DNA from: an uncultured Chloroflexia bacterium
GTDB taxonomy: Bacteria > Chloroflexota > Ktedonobacteria > Ktedonobacterales > Ktedonobacteraceae
Reading direction: 5' to 3'
Length of the DNA stretch: 64,000 nucleotides
NCBI GenBank assembly: GCA_963736995.1
Contig: CAVTRB010000007.1
Location: 623,884-687,883, forward strand
In this document: one piece after another, positions 8,787 through 19,502 of the stretch
Layout: each line of letters begins with the position of its first letter
How positions within the stretch are numbered: the stretch's first letter is position 1
Made by a program: the position numbers and the translations under genes
The notes under the pieces: model-generated
What the model was told of the DNA's origin: nothing
Database searches by the model: none
What the model saw: the letters and a program-made list of their open reading frames with translations, nothing else

Positions 8787-9845
8787 ATGACGACTGAGCG
8801 GCTGGTCTCACCACAGATGACCGAGGAAGAACAGATCATTGAGGGCAGCCTGCGCCCGCGCAGGCTAGCGGAATATATCGGGCAGGAGAAGATCAAGGAG
8901 AATTTGAGTATCCTGCTGGAGGCGGCACGGCGGCGCAAAGAGACAGCTATCGATCACGTGCTGCTCTATGGGCCACCGGGATTGGGGAAGACGACACTCT
9001 GCAATATTATCGCCGCTGAGATGGGCGTGAGCCTGAAAACGACCTCTGGCCCCGCCATTGAGCACGCTGGCGACCTGGCCTCTATTCTCACCGCCTTGCA
9101 GCCGGGAGAGGTGCTTTTCATCGACGAGATTCACCGCCTCGCACGTGCTGTGGAGGAGCGGCTCTACTCGGCAATGGAAGATTATGCGCTCGACGTGATG
9201 ATCGGCAAGGGACCGGGCGCACGAGCATTGCGCATCTCGCTGCCGCCCTTCACTGTTGTGGGAGCCACCACGCGAGTCGGCTCCATGACTGCTCCCCTGC
9301 GCGACCGCTTCGGGGCCATCTACCGCATGGAATACTACGATAACGAGGCGCTCAAGCAGATTCTCATTCGCTCGTCCCGCATTCTGAAAGCTCCTGCTGA
9401 CGAGGATGGCATCACGGAGATTGCAGGGCGCGCCCGTGGCACACCCCGTATCGTCAACCGCCTGCTCAAGCGCGTGCGCGACTATGCTCAGGTCAAGGCA
9501 GACGGCGTGATTACCCGACCGGTGGCGAAGGCTGCGCTGGACGCGCTGGAAATCGACGAACTGGGCCTCGACCAGACCGACCGCAACCTGTTGCTTGCCA
9601 TCATCCAGAAGTTCGGTGGTGGCCCCGTCGGTCTGGAAACGCTGGCAGCCAGTACCAGCGAAGATTCCGAGACCATCGAGGATGTCTACGAACCCTACCT
9701 GCTGCAACTCGGCTTCATTGCCCGCACGCCACGCGGTCGCGTCACCACTCGCCTCGCCTACCAGCACCTGGGCATTCTCCCTGCAAACGACGGCGATAGC
9801 AACACCACACCCGGCCCTGGTCTCTGGAACACGACCGGCAAATAA
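8787..9845 (+). CDS. ruvB: Holliday junction branch migration ATPase RuvB
   Basis: [19 protein letters not shown]...[13 protein letters not shown]...FIDEIHRL. 352 aa. Confidence 0.97.
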   Translation: MTTERLVSPQMTEEEQIIEGSLRPRRLAEYIGQEKIKENLSILLEAARRRKETAIDHVLLYGPPGLGKTTLCNIIAAEMGVSLKTTSGPAIEHAGDLASILTALQPGEVLFIDEIHRLARAVEERLYSAMEDYALDVMIGKGPGARALRISLPPFTVVGATTRVGSMTAPLRDRFGAIYRMEYYDNEALKQILIRSSRILKAPADEDGITEIAGRARGTPRIVNRLLKRVRDYAQVKADGVITRPVAKAALDALEIDELGLDQTDRNLLLAIIQKFGGGPVGLETLAASTSEDSETIEDVYEPYLLQLGFIARTPRGRVTTRLAYQHLGILPANDGDSNTTPGPGLWNTTGK

Positions 9846-9856
9846 AGAGCGTATCC

Positions 9857-10001
9857 GTAGGGGCGAGGGCGGTTGAGTGGATGTGGGGAGGGCCTTTATG
9901 GTCGCCCGCGTCCTTTTTCCCATGAAAGACTGCTCTAATCAGGGTACGGCGGGCGACCATAAAGGCCCTCCCCGCCACTACCCTGCCCCGCTCGCCCCTA
10001 C
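9857..10001. repeat. Composite REP-like palindrome (GTAGGGGCG...CGCCCCTAC ends)
   Basis: Left arm GTAGGGGCGAGGGCGG..GGGGAGGGCCTTTATGGTCGCCCGC mirrors right arm GCGGGCGACCATAAAGGCCCTCCCC..CCGCTCGCCCCTAC. Confidence 0.85.
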
Positions 10002-10165
10002 GGGTATCCCATCCCTTTCACTTCCACCTGGATCGAGTATAAAAAATCTCCTGCATCTTCTGCATGCCCTCCAGCGTATCATGAGCAGAAGAACGCTTCT
10101 GGCATCCTCGAAAAGCGCTTGCCAGAGGTTGGTAATGGCAGCACAGGGAAAAGGAGGGATTTATC

Positions 10166-10441
10166 ATGCAGGCGATAAAGACGATGTTGCTCGGTTTGAT
10201 CATCATGCTTGTGGGTTTTGGCTTCTTTGTTATCCTCATCAACACTAATCTCGGTAGCTACGCAGGCTTTGGGCCTGTCAATGTCCTGGTCGATACATTC
10301 CTGCCTCAGAATAGTGGTAGCAGCGCCTTTGGCTATCTGGATCAGGTAGCCTCCGTCATCCGTCTCGAAGAAGGTATCGCCCTTGCTGTCATCGGAGCAG
10401 GATTCCTTGTTTCGATTGCGGGCTACGTCCGAGGTAGATAG
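10166..10441 (+). CDS. Small membrane protein (2 predicted TM segments)
   Basis: Strong RBS AAAGGAGGG. Hydrophobic segments MLLGLIIMLVGFGFFVILI and IALAVIGAGFLVSIAGYV. Confidence 0.65.
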   Translation: MQAIKTMLLGLIIMLVGFGFFVILINTNLGSYAGFGPVNVLVDTFLPQNSGSSAFGYLDQVASVIRLEEGIALAVIGAGFLVSIAGYVRGR

Positions 10442-10476
10442 ACGGGCTTTTTATCAGCATGGGGCAAACCGCAAGC

Positions 10477-11292
10477 TCAAGAGGGGGACACAATGGCGAC
10501 GGGGCGGATGGGTGAGCCGGTAGCGCCGCGCATTTTGAGGGGAAAGCAGGCAAAAGCGAACTCGTAATGCTGATCCCGCGCCAGCTCTTCGAGAAACAGG
10601 TTTTCGAGGATATAGATGCCGCTGCGCACCAGCAAAATCACGTGGCCGGGCAGCGTGACATTGAGGTTGGGATCAACGACGCCGGGTATGTCCCAGGCGA
10701 CGTTATCGGCTCCAACAGCATACACGTGTCGCTCTGCCAGCCATTGCGAGGCGTCGGAGGTGATGCCCGCGCCCACGAGGTAGGCTTCGGGCTGCTGCCA
10801 GCGTGACCCATTGCCAGTGCGCACCAGCACGACATCTCCCTCGCGCACGTCAACCCCCTGCTGCTGTGACGCCGCTTCCAGGTCAGCGAGAGTGACCGGC
10901 TCGTCGTCTTTAATGCGCTCAACACCCCGGCTGCGAGCAATATCCAGCAAAATGCCCCGGCCCAGCAGCGGCGGGATAGTTTCCACGCCTAGCTCGGTAA
11001 AGCCTGTCGAGGTCTGCACCTGTGGCTCAATCTCACGCCCACCAAACAGCATCATGTGCTCTGCCTGATGACAGAGTGCATCGATATGCGTGCCAGAATG
11101 CTCAGAAGCGTAGTAGGAGCCGGATGCGCTCGTCCGTGCCTCGCCGCTCGCGCCGCGTACATGATGGCGATGCAGGGTATAGACAAAGCCGGGCGCGTGC
11201 GAGGGAAAGATCGGCGAACCAAAGTAGCGTGGTTGCTCCAGATCATAGACGCGAGCCTGTGTCAGTGCGCGCAGCAGGTCTTCTGTAGCCAT
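10477..11292 (-). CDS. Cyclase family protein (kynurenine formamidase-like, PF04199-type)
   Basis: HSGTHIDALCH metal-binding signature. 271 aa. Confidence 0.8.
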   Translation of the reverse strand: MATEDLLRALTQARVYDLEQPRYFGSPIFPSHAPGFVYTLHRHHVRGASGEARTSASGSYYASEHSGTHIDALCHQAEHMMLFGGREIEPQVQTSTGFTELGVETIPPLLGRGILLDIARSRGVERIKDDEPVTLADLEAASQQQGVDVREGDVVLVRTGNGSRWQQPEAYLVGAGITSDASQWLAERHVYAVGADNVAWDIPGVVDPNLNVTLPGHVILLVRSGIYILENLFLEELARDQHYEFAFACFPLKMRGATGSPIRPVAIVSPS

Positions 11293-11576
11293 AAGAAAAA
11301 ACTCCTTCCCTTAATCCAGAAGAGCTTAGAAGATGCTTATCATTTCTTTATTGTACCCTTTGAGGCACGTTTTTGCATTGACACTCCTGGCAGATGTTTC
11401 AAGGCTCAGCGCAGGCTGAAACCCTGTACCATGAGGGCAGAGAAGACGACGGCGTAGGTCATTGTTTTTTCCGCCCTCTTTCGTCCTTTTTACCCATCAA
11501 TGAACGAGAATGGTGATACAATCAGACCAGTAAAACTTGAAAAGAGGTAATGAACATTCAGCAAAGAATGAGGTGA

Positions 11577-12494
11577 ATGATGGATGCTCATATCACGGAC
11601 ATTCTCCACCATATCCCGGAGTGGGATGCTGCTGAGATCACGCTGACGCCGCTCACGGGCGGTATCACCAACCAGAATTACCGCGTAGACAGCGGAGGCG
11701 AGGCGTTTGTGCTGCGCATTGGCGGCAGGGGGACGCGCCTGCTCGGCATTGAGCGCGAGCGCGAGTATGCCTGTACTGCTATTGCGGCGCAGCTGGGCGT
11801 GGGTGCGGAAGTCATCCGTTTTCTGGCGGATCAGGAGGCGCTGGTGACACGCTTCATCTCCGGCAAGAATCTCACGCCGGAGGATGCGGCGCAGCCAGAG
11901 ATGCTGCCGCGCATCGCACAGGCTATGCGCACCTACCACAACGGCCCGCACTTTCCCGGCACCTTCTCGCCCTTCGAGACCGTGCGCGCCTATCACAGGT
12001 TGGCCCTCGCATCCGGCGTTTCCTTTCCCGACACGCTGTCCCAGGTCTTTACCTTGATGGAGCGTATCGAACAGGCCATCGGGCAGAACTTTGCGCCAAA
12101 GCCCTGCCACAACGACCTGCTTGCCAGCAATTTCATCGACGATGGCCGCGCTATCCGCATCCTGGACTGGGAATATGCCGCAATGGGCGACCTCTTCTTT
12201 GACCTCGGCAACTTTGCCGTTAACCAGTCGCTCAGCGAGGAGCAATGCGAGCAATTCCTGCATGCCTACTTCGGCGAAGTGCGGCCAGCCGACCTGGCAC
12301 ACCTGCACCTGATGCGCCTCGGCTCCGATTTGCGCGAGTCCTTCTGGGGCTTCCTGCAACTCGGCATTTCCGAACTCGACTTCGACTACTCCGACTACGC
12401 CCACCATCACCTCACCCGCTTCCTCCACAACGTCGCCACCTCCCCATTTGAACGGTGGCTGCGTGATGTCGGAAGCCATGATAACAGCCCGTAG
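11577..12494 (+). CDS. Choline/ethanolamine kinase-like phosphotransferase (APH fold)
   Basis: LTGGITNQNYRV, Brenner-like motif CHNDLLASNFI, ILDWEYAAMGD. Confidence 0.8.
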   Translation: MMDAHITDILHHIPEWDAAEITLTPLTGGITNQNYRVDSGGEAFVLRIGGRGTRLLGIEREREYACTAIAAQLGVGAEVIRFLADQEALVTRFISGKNLTPEDAAQPEMLPRIAQAMRTYHNGPHFPGTFSPFETVRAYHRLALASGVSFPDTLSQVFTLMERIEQAIGQNFAPKPCHNDLLASNFIDDGRAIRILDWEYAAMGDLFFDLGNFAVNQSLSEEQCEQFLHAYFGEVRPADLAHLHLMRLGSDLRESFWGFLQLGISELDFDYSDYAHHHLTRFLHNVATSPFERWLRDVGSHDNSP

Positions 12495-12619
12495 GGGCGA
12501 TGCCTTGTGCTCGCCCGCAGCTGCACCGTTATCGAGGGGAACACGGGCGAGCACAAGGCATCGCCCCTACGGAAACCTATCCATGGATCACTGCAGGCGA
12601 GCACAGGGCATCGCCCCAG
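12491..12619. repeat. REP-like palindrome plus a third half-copy
   Basis: GTAGGGGCGATGCCTTGTGCTCGCCCG ... CGGGCGAGCACAAGGCATCGCCCCTAC, then GCAGGCGAGCACAGGGCATCGCCCCA. The kinase TAG stop (12492-12494) lies in the GTAG head. Confidence 0.85.
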
Positions 12620-12678
12620 TGGAGACCAATCACAGTTCATAGGTGTTGGTGAATAACTGAAGTTTAGGAGAACCAGTC

Positions 12679-15114
12679 ATGCACGAGCAGGCCAGAGTTG
12701 TAATTATTGGCAGTGGGATTGCCGGTTCCAGCGTCGCGTATCACCTGACGGAACTGGGCTGGCGCGATATTGTGGTGCTTGAGCAGGGGACGTTGAGCGG
12801 CGGCACCACCTCGCATGCACCCGGACTTGTGGGACAGCTACGTTCGTCGGTCAGCCTGACGAAGATGCTGATGTATAGCGTCGACCTCTATAAGCGGCTG
12901 GCGTTAGATGGTCAGCCGGGCTATGCTGAGGTGGGCAGTTTGCGGCTGGCTTCCTCAAAAGAACGTATGGAGGAACTGAAGCGGCAGGTTGGCTTTGCGC
13001 GCGGCGTAGGTCTGACGGCGGAACTGATCAGCGCAGTAGAGGCGCAGCATCTGTTTCCGCTACTTGATACGCGGGGCGTGGAAGGCGCACTCTACCTACC
13101 CGGCGACGGCTCGGCTCGCGCACCCATTCTCGCCCGGGCGCTGGCGAATGCGGCCCGCGAACGCGGCGCAACCTTCTACGCTTCCACACCTGTGACAGGT
13201 ATCGAGGTGGTCAATGGGCGAGTGCAGGCGGTTTCTACGCCGCTGGGATGCATTCGCACGGAGATCGTGGTGGTCGCGGCTGGCATCTGGTCGCCGCGTA
13301 TTGGCCGCATGGCCGGTGTCTCGCTGCCGCTCGTACCAATGCAGCACCAGTACGTCATGACTGCTCCCCTGTCAGAATTGCGTGGGACGACGGTCCCCAA
13401 TGTGCGCGACCCCGACAAACTGGTCTATTTCCGGCAGGATGGCGATTGTCTCGTACTTGGCGGCTACGAACGCGACCCTCTGGCCTTCCCGGTTGATGCC
13501 ATTCCCGAAAGTGAGAACCCTACTGTGCGTCCCTTTGACCCACTACGCTTCGAGAGTCTGCTGGCGGGCGGCTGCGAGTGCGTGCCAGCCCTGCGTGAGA
13601 CAGAACTGGTGAAACGCGTCAACGGGCTGGAGTCGTTCACGCCGGATGGGGAGTTTATCCTGGGCGAAGCGCCGGATGTGCGCGGCTTCTGGGCGGCCTG
13701 CGGCTTCTGCGCGCACGGTGTCTCCGGCTCCGGTGGCGTCGGCAAGATGATCGCCGAATGGATTGTCGAGGGGGAGCCGATCCTGGATCTGTGGCACATG
13801 GATATCCGCCGCTTTGGGGCCTACACCTCCAGCCGCCGCTATATCTCCACTCGCATCCACGAGGTCTACAGCACCTATTACGATATCAGCTACCCCTTGC
13901 AGGAACGCAGCAGCGCCCGCAAGCTGCGCCTCAGCCCGGTTTACCATCGACTGGAGGAACTGGGAGCAGTTTTCGGTGAAAAGGCTGGCTGGGAGCGGCC
14001 AAACTGGTTTGCACACAATGAGGCGCTGGCAGCAGGACAGGGCTGGCTGCAACCGTATGGCTGGGCCAGCCGCTACTGGTCACCCGCCATCGGGGCCGAA
14101 CACCAGGCTACACGCGAACGGCTCGCCATCTTCGACGAAACCTCGTTCAGCAAGCTGGAGGTGCTTGGCTCCGGCGCGGCCTCTTACCTGCAATCCATCA
14201 CGGACAACCAGATGGAGCAGCCCGTTGGCGCTGTGACCTACACGCAGATGCTCAACCGGCACGGCGGCATCGAATGCGATCTGACTGTCACGCGGCTAGC
14301 TCCCGACCGCTTCCAGATCATCACCGGCACAGCCTTCGGCATGCACGACCTGTCCTGGATACGCGGTCAGATGCCCACCGATGGCTCGGTCTATGTCAAC
14401 GATGTCACGTCCAGTCGCTGCTGCATCGGCGTCTGGGGACCGCTGGCTCGCGACCTGATGCAGCAGGTAAGCGAACATGATTTCTCTAACGCGGCCTTCC
14501 CCTACCTGACGGCGCAACAGGTCACCATCGGCGATATCCCCGTGCTGGCCCTGCGCGTCACCTACGTGGGCGAACTGGGCTGGGAACTCTACGCACCAAT
14601 GGAATATGGCCTCAAGCTCTGGGACACACTGTGGGAAGCCGGGCAGCCACTGGGCATGCTAGCAGGCGGCTATCGCGCCATTGAGTCGCTGCGACTGGAA
14701 AAGGGCTATCGCTACTGGAGCGCCGACATCCACTCCGAGTACAACCCCTACGAAGCCGGTCTCGGCTTTGCCGTCAAGCTCAAAAAGGGCGACTTCCTGG
14801 GCAAAGACGCCCTCGAACGCATCAAAGTCGAGGGCATCAAACGCAAACTCTGCTGCCTCGTCATCGACGACCCGCGAGCCGTCGCCCTCAGCGGCGAACC
14901 CCTGCTCTCAGAAGATGGCGAGCGCGTGTTTGGCCGCGTCACCAGCGGCGGCTACGGCTATACCGTCCGCCAGAGCATCGCCTACAGCTACCTCCCCATC
15001 GACTACGCCACTCCAGGAACACAGCTGTTAGTGCAACTCTTCGGCATAAAATACGGAGCAACCGTAATGAAGGAGCCGTTGTATGACCCGAAGAATGAGA
15101 GAGTGAAGATGTGA
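12679..15114 (+). CDS. FAD-dependent sarcosine/dimethylglycine dehydrogenase/oxidase family protein (DAO domain + GcvT-like folate-binding domain)
   Basis: N-terminal VVIIGSGIAGSSVAYHL dinucleotide fold. C-terminal aminomethyltransferase-like half (LEVLGSGA..., GYRAIESLRLEKGYRYW). 811 aa. Confidence 0.85.
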   Translation: MHEQARVVIIGSGIAGSSVAYHLTELGWRDIVVLEQGTLSGGTTSHAPGLVGQLRSSVSLTKMLMYSVDLYKRLALDGQPGYAEVGSLRLASSKERMEELKRQVGFARGVGLTAELISAVEAQHLFPLLDTRGVEGALYLPGDGSARAPILARALANAARERGATFYASTPVTGIEVVNGRVQAVSTPLGCIRTEIVVVAAGIWSPRIGRMAGVSLPLVPMQHQYVMTAPLSELRGTTVPNVRDPDKLVYFRQDGDCLVLGGYERDPLAFPVDAIPESENPTVRPFDPLRFESLLAGGCECVPALRETELVKRVNGLESFTPDGEFILGEAPDVRGFWAACGFCAHGVSGSGGVGKMIAEWIVEGEPILDLWHMDIRRFGAYTSSRRYISTRIHEVYSTYYDISYPLQERSSARKLRLSPVYHRLEELGAVFGEKAGWERPNWFAHNEALAAGQGWLQPYGWASRYWSPAIGAEHQATRERLAIFDETSFSKLEVLGSGAASYLQSITDNQMEQPVGAVTYTQMLNRHGGIECDLTVTRLAPDRFQIITGTAFGMHDLSWIRGQMPTDGSVYVNDVTSSRCCIGVWGPLARDLMQQVSEHDFSNAAFPYLTAQQVTIGDIPVLALRVTYVGELGWELYAPMEYGLKLWDTLWEAGQPLGMLAGGYRAIESLRLEKGYRYWSADIHSEYNPYEAGLGFAVKLKKGDFLGKDALERIKVEGIKRKLCCLVIDDPRAVALSGEPLLSEDGERVFGRVTSGGYGYTVRQSIAYSYLPIDYATPGTQLLVQLFGIKYGATVMKEPLYDPKNERVKM

Positions 15115-15194
15115 GTATGATATGATAGATGAGGCTAATCCACATACGTCTTTTAGTAAATAGATAGCACCACGGTTGAAAGGGGAGAATTGGG

Positions 15195-16691
15195 ATGACC
15201 CGAAACTGGCGCATTGGCGCGCTTCTGCTGGGAGGAATCGCGCTGGCACTGATTCTCTTCTTTTCGCTGCATAGCCTGCTGTTGCCTCCACAGTCTTCTA
15301 AAAACCCTACCATTGTTCCAGGGCGAGCACCCACTTCGTCAGCGGTGGTGCTGCAACGGCAGCCGACGAACACACCGACACCAACGCCTTCTCCGACTCC
15401 CGTCAGTACCATGCCGGTGCAGATCAGCAGTGACCCCTATAGTGGCGATGGAGGTCAGCACAGAACGGAAGTAGAGCCTTCGACCTTCTCGTATGGCGCG
15501 ACCATCGTGGCGACCTTTCAGGCCGGGCGGTTTCGCGATATCGGCAGTACCAACATCGGCTGGGCAACCTCTCCTGATGGAGGTGTAGACTGGCAGCATG
15601 GTTTTCTGCCCGGCACGACAAAAGTGACCGGCGGCGCTTTTGATCGCATTACCGATCCCGTCGTCGCCTATGATGTGAAGCACGATACATGGATGATCGG
15701 AACGGTGGCTTTCGTGTATACCGCCAACGGCATTGCGGCACCCGCCGTACTGGTCAGCCTCTCCGTCAATGGCGGCCTGAGCTGGGGCCATCCGGTGACG
15801 GTGGCGAACGTGGGAAATCAGGGGGGATTGGATAAGGACTGGCTGGTTTGCGACAACAGCTCAACCAGCCCTTTCTACGGTACATGCTACATGCAATGGG
15901 ATGATTACAGCCGCAACGACCTGATCCAGATGAGCACATCGAAAGATGGCGGTCAGACGTGGGGCGCGGCCAGGACGACGGCCAATCAGGCCGCCGGTAC
16001 CAGTGGTTATCCCCTTGTGCAACCCAATGGCACGGTCATTGTCCCGATCAGCAGCAATAATGAGCAAGACCTGATGGTCTTCACCTCGCATGATGGCGGC
16101 AATAGCTGGAGCAGTCCAGTCGTCATTACTCCTGTGACCTCTTTCGCCTCCAATGCCTATTTTCGTGACAATATCCTGCTCACTCCGGCCACCGATAGCT
16201 CCGGCAAAGCCTATCTCGTCTGGGTCGATTGCCGCTTCGAGCCGAATTGCCAGGGCAATGATCTGGTCATGACCACCTCAACCGACGGTGTAAACTGGTC
16301 GCCCATCCAGCGCATTCCACTCGCGCCCGTTGGCAGCGGCATCAATTACTATGTCTCCTGGCTGGCTATCGATAGCAGCACTGCCAATGCCACAGCCCAC
16401 CTCGCGCTGCTGTACTATTATTACACGGCGAACTGCTCCAATAACTGCACCCTCTCGGTTGGCTTTTCCTCCTCCAGCGATGGTGGCAAGACCTGGAGCG
16501 TGCGCAAGACGCTGGCCGGGCCTATTCCCGCCGCCTGGATCGCATCCGGCAACAACAAAGTCGGCGACTATACCGCCATGTCATTTGTACAGGGCAAAGC
16601 CGTTCCCGTCTTCTCTAGCGCGACTCAGCCCGGTGTCGGCTATCTCAATGAGGGAACGTACACTATCCCCGGCGGTATCAGCGTGCCGTGA
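15195..16691 (+). CDS. Secreted/membrane-anchored BNR (Asp-box) repeat protein, sialidase-like beta-propeller
   Basis: N-terminal TM/signal segment, PT-rich linker, repeated Asp-boxes (SVNGGLSWG, STSKDGGQTWG, SHDGGNSWS, SSSDGGKTWS). Confidence 0.75.
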   Translation: MTRNWRIGALLLGGIALALILFFSLHSLLLPPQSSKNPTIVPGRAPTSSAVVLQRQPTNTPTPTPSPTPVSTMPVQISSDPYSGDGGQHRTEVEPSTFSYGATIVATFQAGRFRDIGSTNIGWATSPDGGVDWQHGFLPGTTKVTGGAFDRITDPVVAYDVKHDTWMIGTVAFVYTANGIAAPAVLVSLSVNGGLSWGHPVTVANVGNQGGLDKDWLVCDNSSTSPFYGTCYMQWDDYSRNDLIQMSTSKDGGQTWGAARTTANQAAGTSGYPLVQPNGTVIVPISSNNEQDLMVFTSHDGGNSWSSPVVITPVTSFASNAYFRDNILLTPATDSSGKAYLVWVDCRFEPNCQGNDLVMTTSTDGVNWSPIQRIPLAPVGSGINYYVSWLAIDSSTANATAHLALLYYYYTANCSNNCTLSVGFSSSSDGGKTWSVRKTLAGPIPAAWIASGNNKVGDYTAMSFVQGKAVPVFSSATQPGVGYLNEGTYTIPGGISVP

Positions 16692-16702
16692 GAGGCAATT
16701 AG

Positions 16703-18583
16703 CTAGATTTGCCATACCTTTGCGTTGCTGAACACGACCTCGGCAGAGTCGGTGTCGTTGCCCGCGAGAACTCCGATCTGGCCCGAGGTGTAGGTATTAT
16801 CGGACACGGTTTTGAGCAACTGGTGATTCAGGTAGATGCTGATAGTGCCATTCTGGTCCACCGCCGCAAGAACATTCGTATTACTCATATTTGCCGCCTG
16901 GCCGCTTACCAGTGTCACGGCATCATCCAGCGAGGCGTCGAAGTTGCGCTGCAAGCTGTAGGAGCCGTCGGTGTGAACAATGAAGATGTAGTAGGAGTTT
17001 GCCGCCTCCTTGCAGAAAATGATCCCCATGTAATCGCCCGAGATCATCGTTGCCTGTACCTCAAAGGCGAAATTGCTGTAGTTCGTGTTGGCAGCGGTAC
17101 AGGAGTGGAAGTATGCCGTCTTGGGCTGCGTAACATCATAGCCGCCGTTGGCGAAAGAGCAGGAGGCATTGTTGTCATTGGTTCCCGTCTGCCAGTCTAA
17201 GCCCTTACTATTATCTGTCAGAGGGTCATTGAAGACAAGCGTACCACTGCTGGTATAGGGATTCGTACTTTGCCCACCGGTTGGTTGAACAGTTGAGGGA
17301 GTGGAGGGCGGTGTTGTTGGTTGCACCGGCGTTGCAGTGGAACTGCTCCCGGGCGGCGAATTCGTTATTGAATTTGATCTGGAAGAATTTGTGATGATAT
17401 AGCCACCAACTAGGCCCACGAGCAATAGCAGAACGACCAGCAGGCTAATAATGGCGATGGTGGAACGCGACTTTGGCGCTTGAGCCTGAGAGGAGATGTG
17501 TGGGTACGAGGCCGCAAGCGTTGGAGGCAGCTCTGGCACCGGTTGATAAATAGGAAGAGCCGAAGGGGTTGGAGTATACAATGGAGGTGGTGGGGGAACA
17601 GGAGTAGCCATAGAGGTCGGTAGAGGTGTGTAGGAAGGCGTCGGGGTGGGAGATGGAGGTGGTGCAACACTGCTCCCATTCGGGCTGGAAATCACTGTTG
17701 GGGTGCTGGCAGCTGGATCAAGCAGGGCGGTTTGCAAAGCGTGTGCGAATGCGAGTATAGAGGCGAAACGGTATGTGGGATTTTTAGCAAGCGCCCTCAG
17801 CAGCACTTCGTCTACGTCGGGTGACAACGCTGGATTGAGTTGAGAAGGAGGCGTGGGAGCGACATGGAAATGCTGGTACATCATCTGCTCGCTGCCTCCT
17901 TTAAAAGGAGGACGACCTGTCAGCAGTTCGTAGGCCATGATCGCCAGGCCGTACTGGTCGCTGGCCGATTGAGGATTGCCCGCCCACTGCTCAGGAGCCA
18001 TATAGGTGGGGGTGCCACGCGAAGAATGGCTCATGCTGGAGGTGGCGCTGGCAAATTTCGCAATGCCGAAATCGGCCAGCAAGAGGTCGGGACGACCCTC
18101 GTTGTCCTGTCGCTCGCGAATCAGGAAGTTGGAAGGTTTCACATCCTGATGGATAATCTGGTGATCGTGCGCGTGTTGCAACGCACTGGATGCCTGCCTG
18201 GTAATATGCACAACATCCTGCCAGGAAATCAATGCGCCCTGGCTCCGTTTGTGCAGCCAGTTAGGAAGCGAACCCTCCGGACGATAGGGCATCACCAGGT
18301 AGGTGAAAAGAAGTCCCTGCGTCTGCGCCTCGCCGTAGTCATAGAGGGGAAGAATATTGGGATGGTCCAGCAAAGCAATGGCCCTTGCCTCGCGCTTAAA
18401 GAGACGCTCAAATTCCTGCACAGAGTCATTATTAGGATAAGGCGATGGTTCGCTGCGCACAACCTTGACAGCCACCTGCCGTGGAATGTGAGTATCCTCC
18501 GCCAGGTAGACCTCACCCATTCCTCCACTACCAATCATGCGCAGAAGCCGGTAGTGGTCAAGTTGCATACCTTCAAGTGCCAT
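16703..18583 (-). CDS. Ser/Thr protein kinase with Pro-rich linker, TM segment and extracellular jelly-roll-like (LamG/DUF1080-like) domain
   Basis: Start chosen at ATG 18583 (GGAGGGAGGGAAAG RBS). GSGGMGEVYLAED, HQDVKPSNFL, DFGIAK, TPTYMAPE. Confidence 0.9.
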   Translation of the reverse strand: MALEGMQLDHYRLLRMIGSGGMGEVYLAEDTHIPRQVAVKVVRSEPSPYPNNDSVQEFERLFKREARAIALLDHPNILPLYDYGEAQTQGLLFTYLVMPYRPEGSLPNWLHKRSQGALISWQDVVHITRQASSALQHAHDHQIIHQDVKPSNFLIRERQDNEGRPDLLLADFGIAKFASATSSMSHSSRGTPTYMAPEQWAGNPQSASDQYGLAIMAYELLTGRPPFKGGSEQMMYQHFHVAPTPPSQLNPALSPDVDEVLLRALAKNPTYRFASILAFAHALQTALLDPAASTPTVISSPNGSSVAPPPSPTPTPSYTPLPTSMATPVPPPPPLYTPTPSALPIYQPVPELPPTLAASYPHISSQAQAPKSRSTIAIISLLVVLLLLVGLVGGYIITNSSRSNSITNSPPGSSSTATPVQPTTPPSTPSTVQPTGGQSTNPYTSSGTLVFNDPLTDNSKGLDWQTGTNDNNASCSFANGGYDVTQPKTAYFHSCTAANTNYSNFAFEVQATMISGDYMGIIFCKEAANSYYIFIVHTDGSYSLQRNFDASLDDAVTLVSGQAANMSNTNVLAAVDQNGTISIYLNHQLLKTVSDNTYTSGQIGVLAGNDTDSAEVVFSNAKVWQI

Positions 18584-18796
18584 CTTTCTTTCCCTCCCTC
18601 CTGCTACAAAACCAGCATGACCTCCTGACAACAAAGCGAGTACGTGAAGAAATCCTCCCAATAACACTACTATAACATATATATTTGGAAGAGGAAAGAG
18701 GTTTAAGCGGGATTGTATATAAGAAATTCATTAATTCATTTTCAATGAAACAAGTAGACACGCTTGAGCGCGCAATTCATTGCCCCTCTACAGGGT

Positions 18797-18826
18797 TTGA
18801 CGATTTTTCAGCGTCATGTGTATATA
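18797..18826 (+). promoter_or_regulatory. Sigma-70-like promoter upstream of the ECF sigma gene
   Basis: TTGACG, 17-18 nt spacer, GTATAT/TATATA. Confidence 0.35.
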
Positions 18827-18886
18827 GAGAGCAAAGAAGGGACCTGTCGACAGCCCCGAATTCTTGCTCTGAAGGAGACGTTCATA

Positions 18887-19489
18887 ATGCAGCCACAATC
18901 GTCGCCGTCCGATGCGAGCGGGGAGCAGGGAGAGACACAGGAGCTTCGAGAGCCGGGGGAGCAGGTGGAGATCGTGCAGATGGCACGTGCAGGCAATCAA
19001 CAGGCATTTGCGCAGCTATACGAGCAGTATCATGGCCCGATCTGTACCTACCTGGCGCATCTGGTGGGCAACGACGAGGTAGGGCGCGACCTGGCTCAGG
19101 AGACCTTTATCCGCGCCTGGAAAGGGCTGCCAAAGCTGCAAGACGATCTTTCCTTTCAGCACTGGCTGTATCGCATCGCCACGAATGTTGTGCATTCGTA
19201 TAGACGACAGGAGCGATCGTGGCTGCTGCGCTGGTTGCCCTGGCATGATGACGAGACCGCTGCATTGAGCATAGCAGGACCGGAGGAGCAGGCAGGCGAG
19301 CGCGAGCATATCCGGCAGGTACTGGCTGCCCTTGCGCCACAGGCCCGCACCTGCCTGCTGCTCCAGCACGTGGCCGGGTTCACACAGCGCGAAATCGCCG
19401 CCATTCTGGGCATCAGTGAGAAAAGCGTCAGCGCCTATGTGAGCCGGGGATGCGAGCAGTTTCGCCAACGCTACCAACAGACGAGATGA
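18887..19489 (+). CDS. ECF (group 4) RNA polymerase sigma factor
   Basis: ATG 18887 preceded by GAAGGAGA. Region 2 (FAQLYEQYHGPICTYL...DLAQETFIRAW) and region 4 HTH (QREIAAILGISEKSVSAYVSRG). Confidence 0.9.
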   Translation: MQPQSSPSDASGEQGETQELREPGEQVEIVQMARAGNQQAFAQLYEQYHGPICTYLAHLVGNDEVGRDLAQETFIRAWKGLPKLQDDLSFQHWLYRIATNVVHSYRRQERSWLLRWLPWHDDETAALSIAGPEEQAGEREHIRQVLAALAPQARTCLLLQHVAGFTQREIAAILGISEKSVSAYVSRGCEQFRQRYQQTR

Positions 19490-19502
19490 AAGGAACATCA
19501 CG

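Noticed and set aside
9877-10248. 123-aa ORF (…GDHKGPPRHYPAPLAPTG…) and its mirror ORF 9742..9978.
   Set aside because: Both are translations of the two arms of the REP-like palindrome downstream of ruvB. The mirrored peptide content betrays a nucleotide repeat, not a gene.
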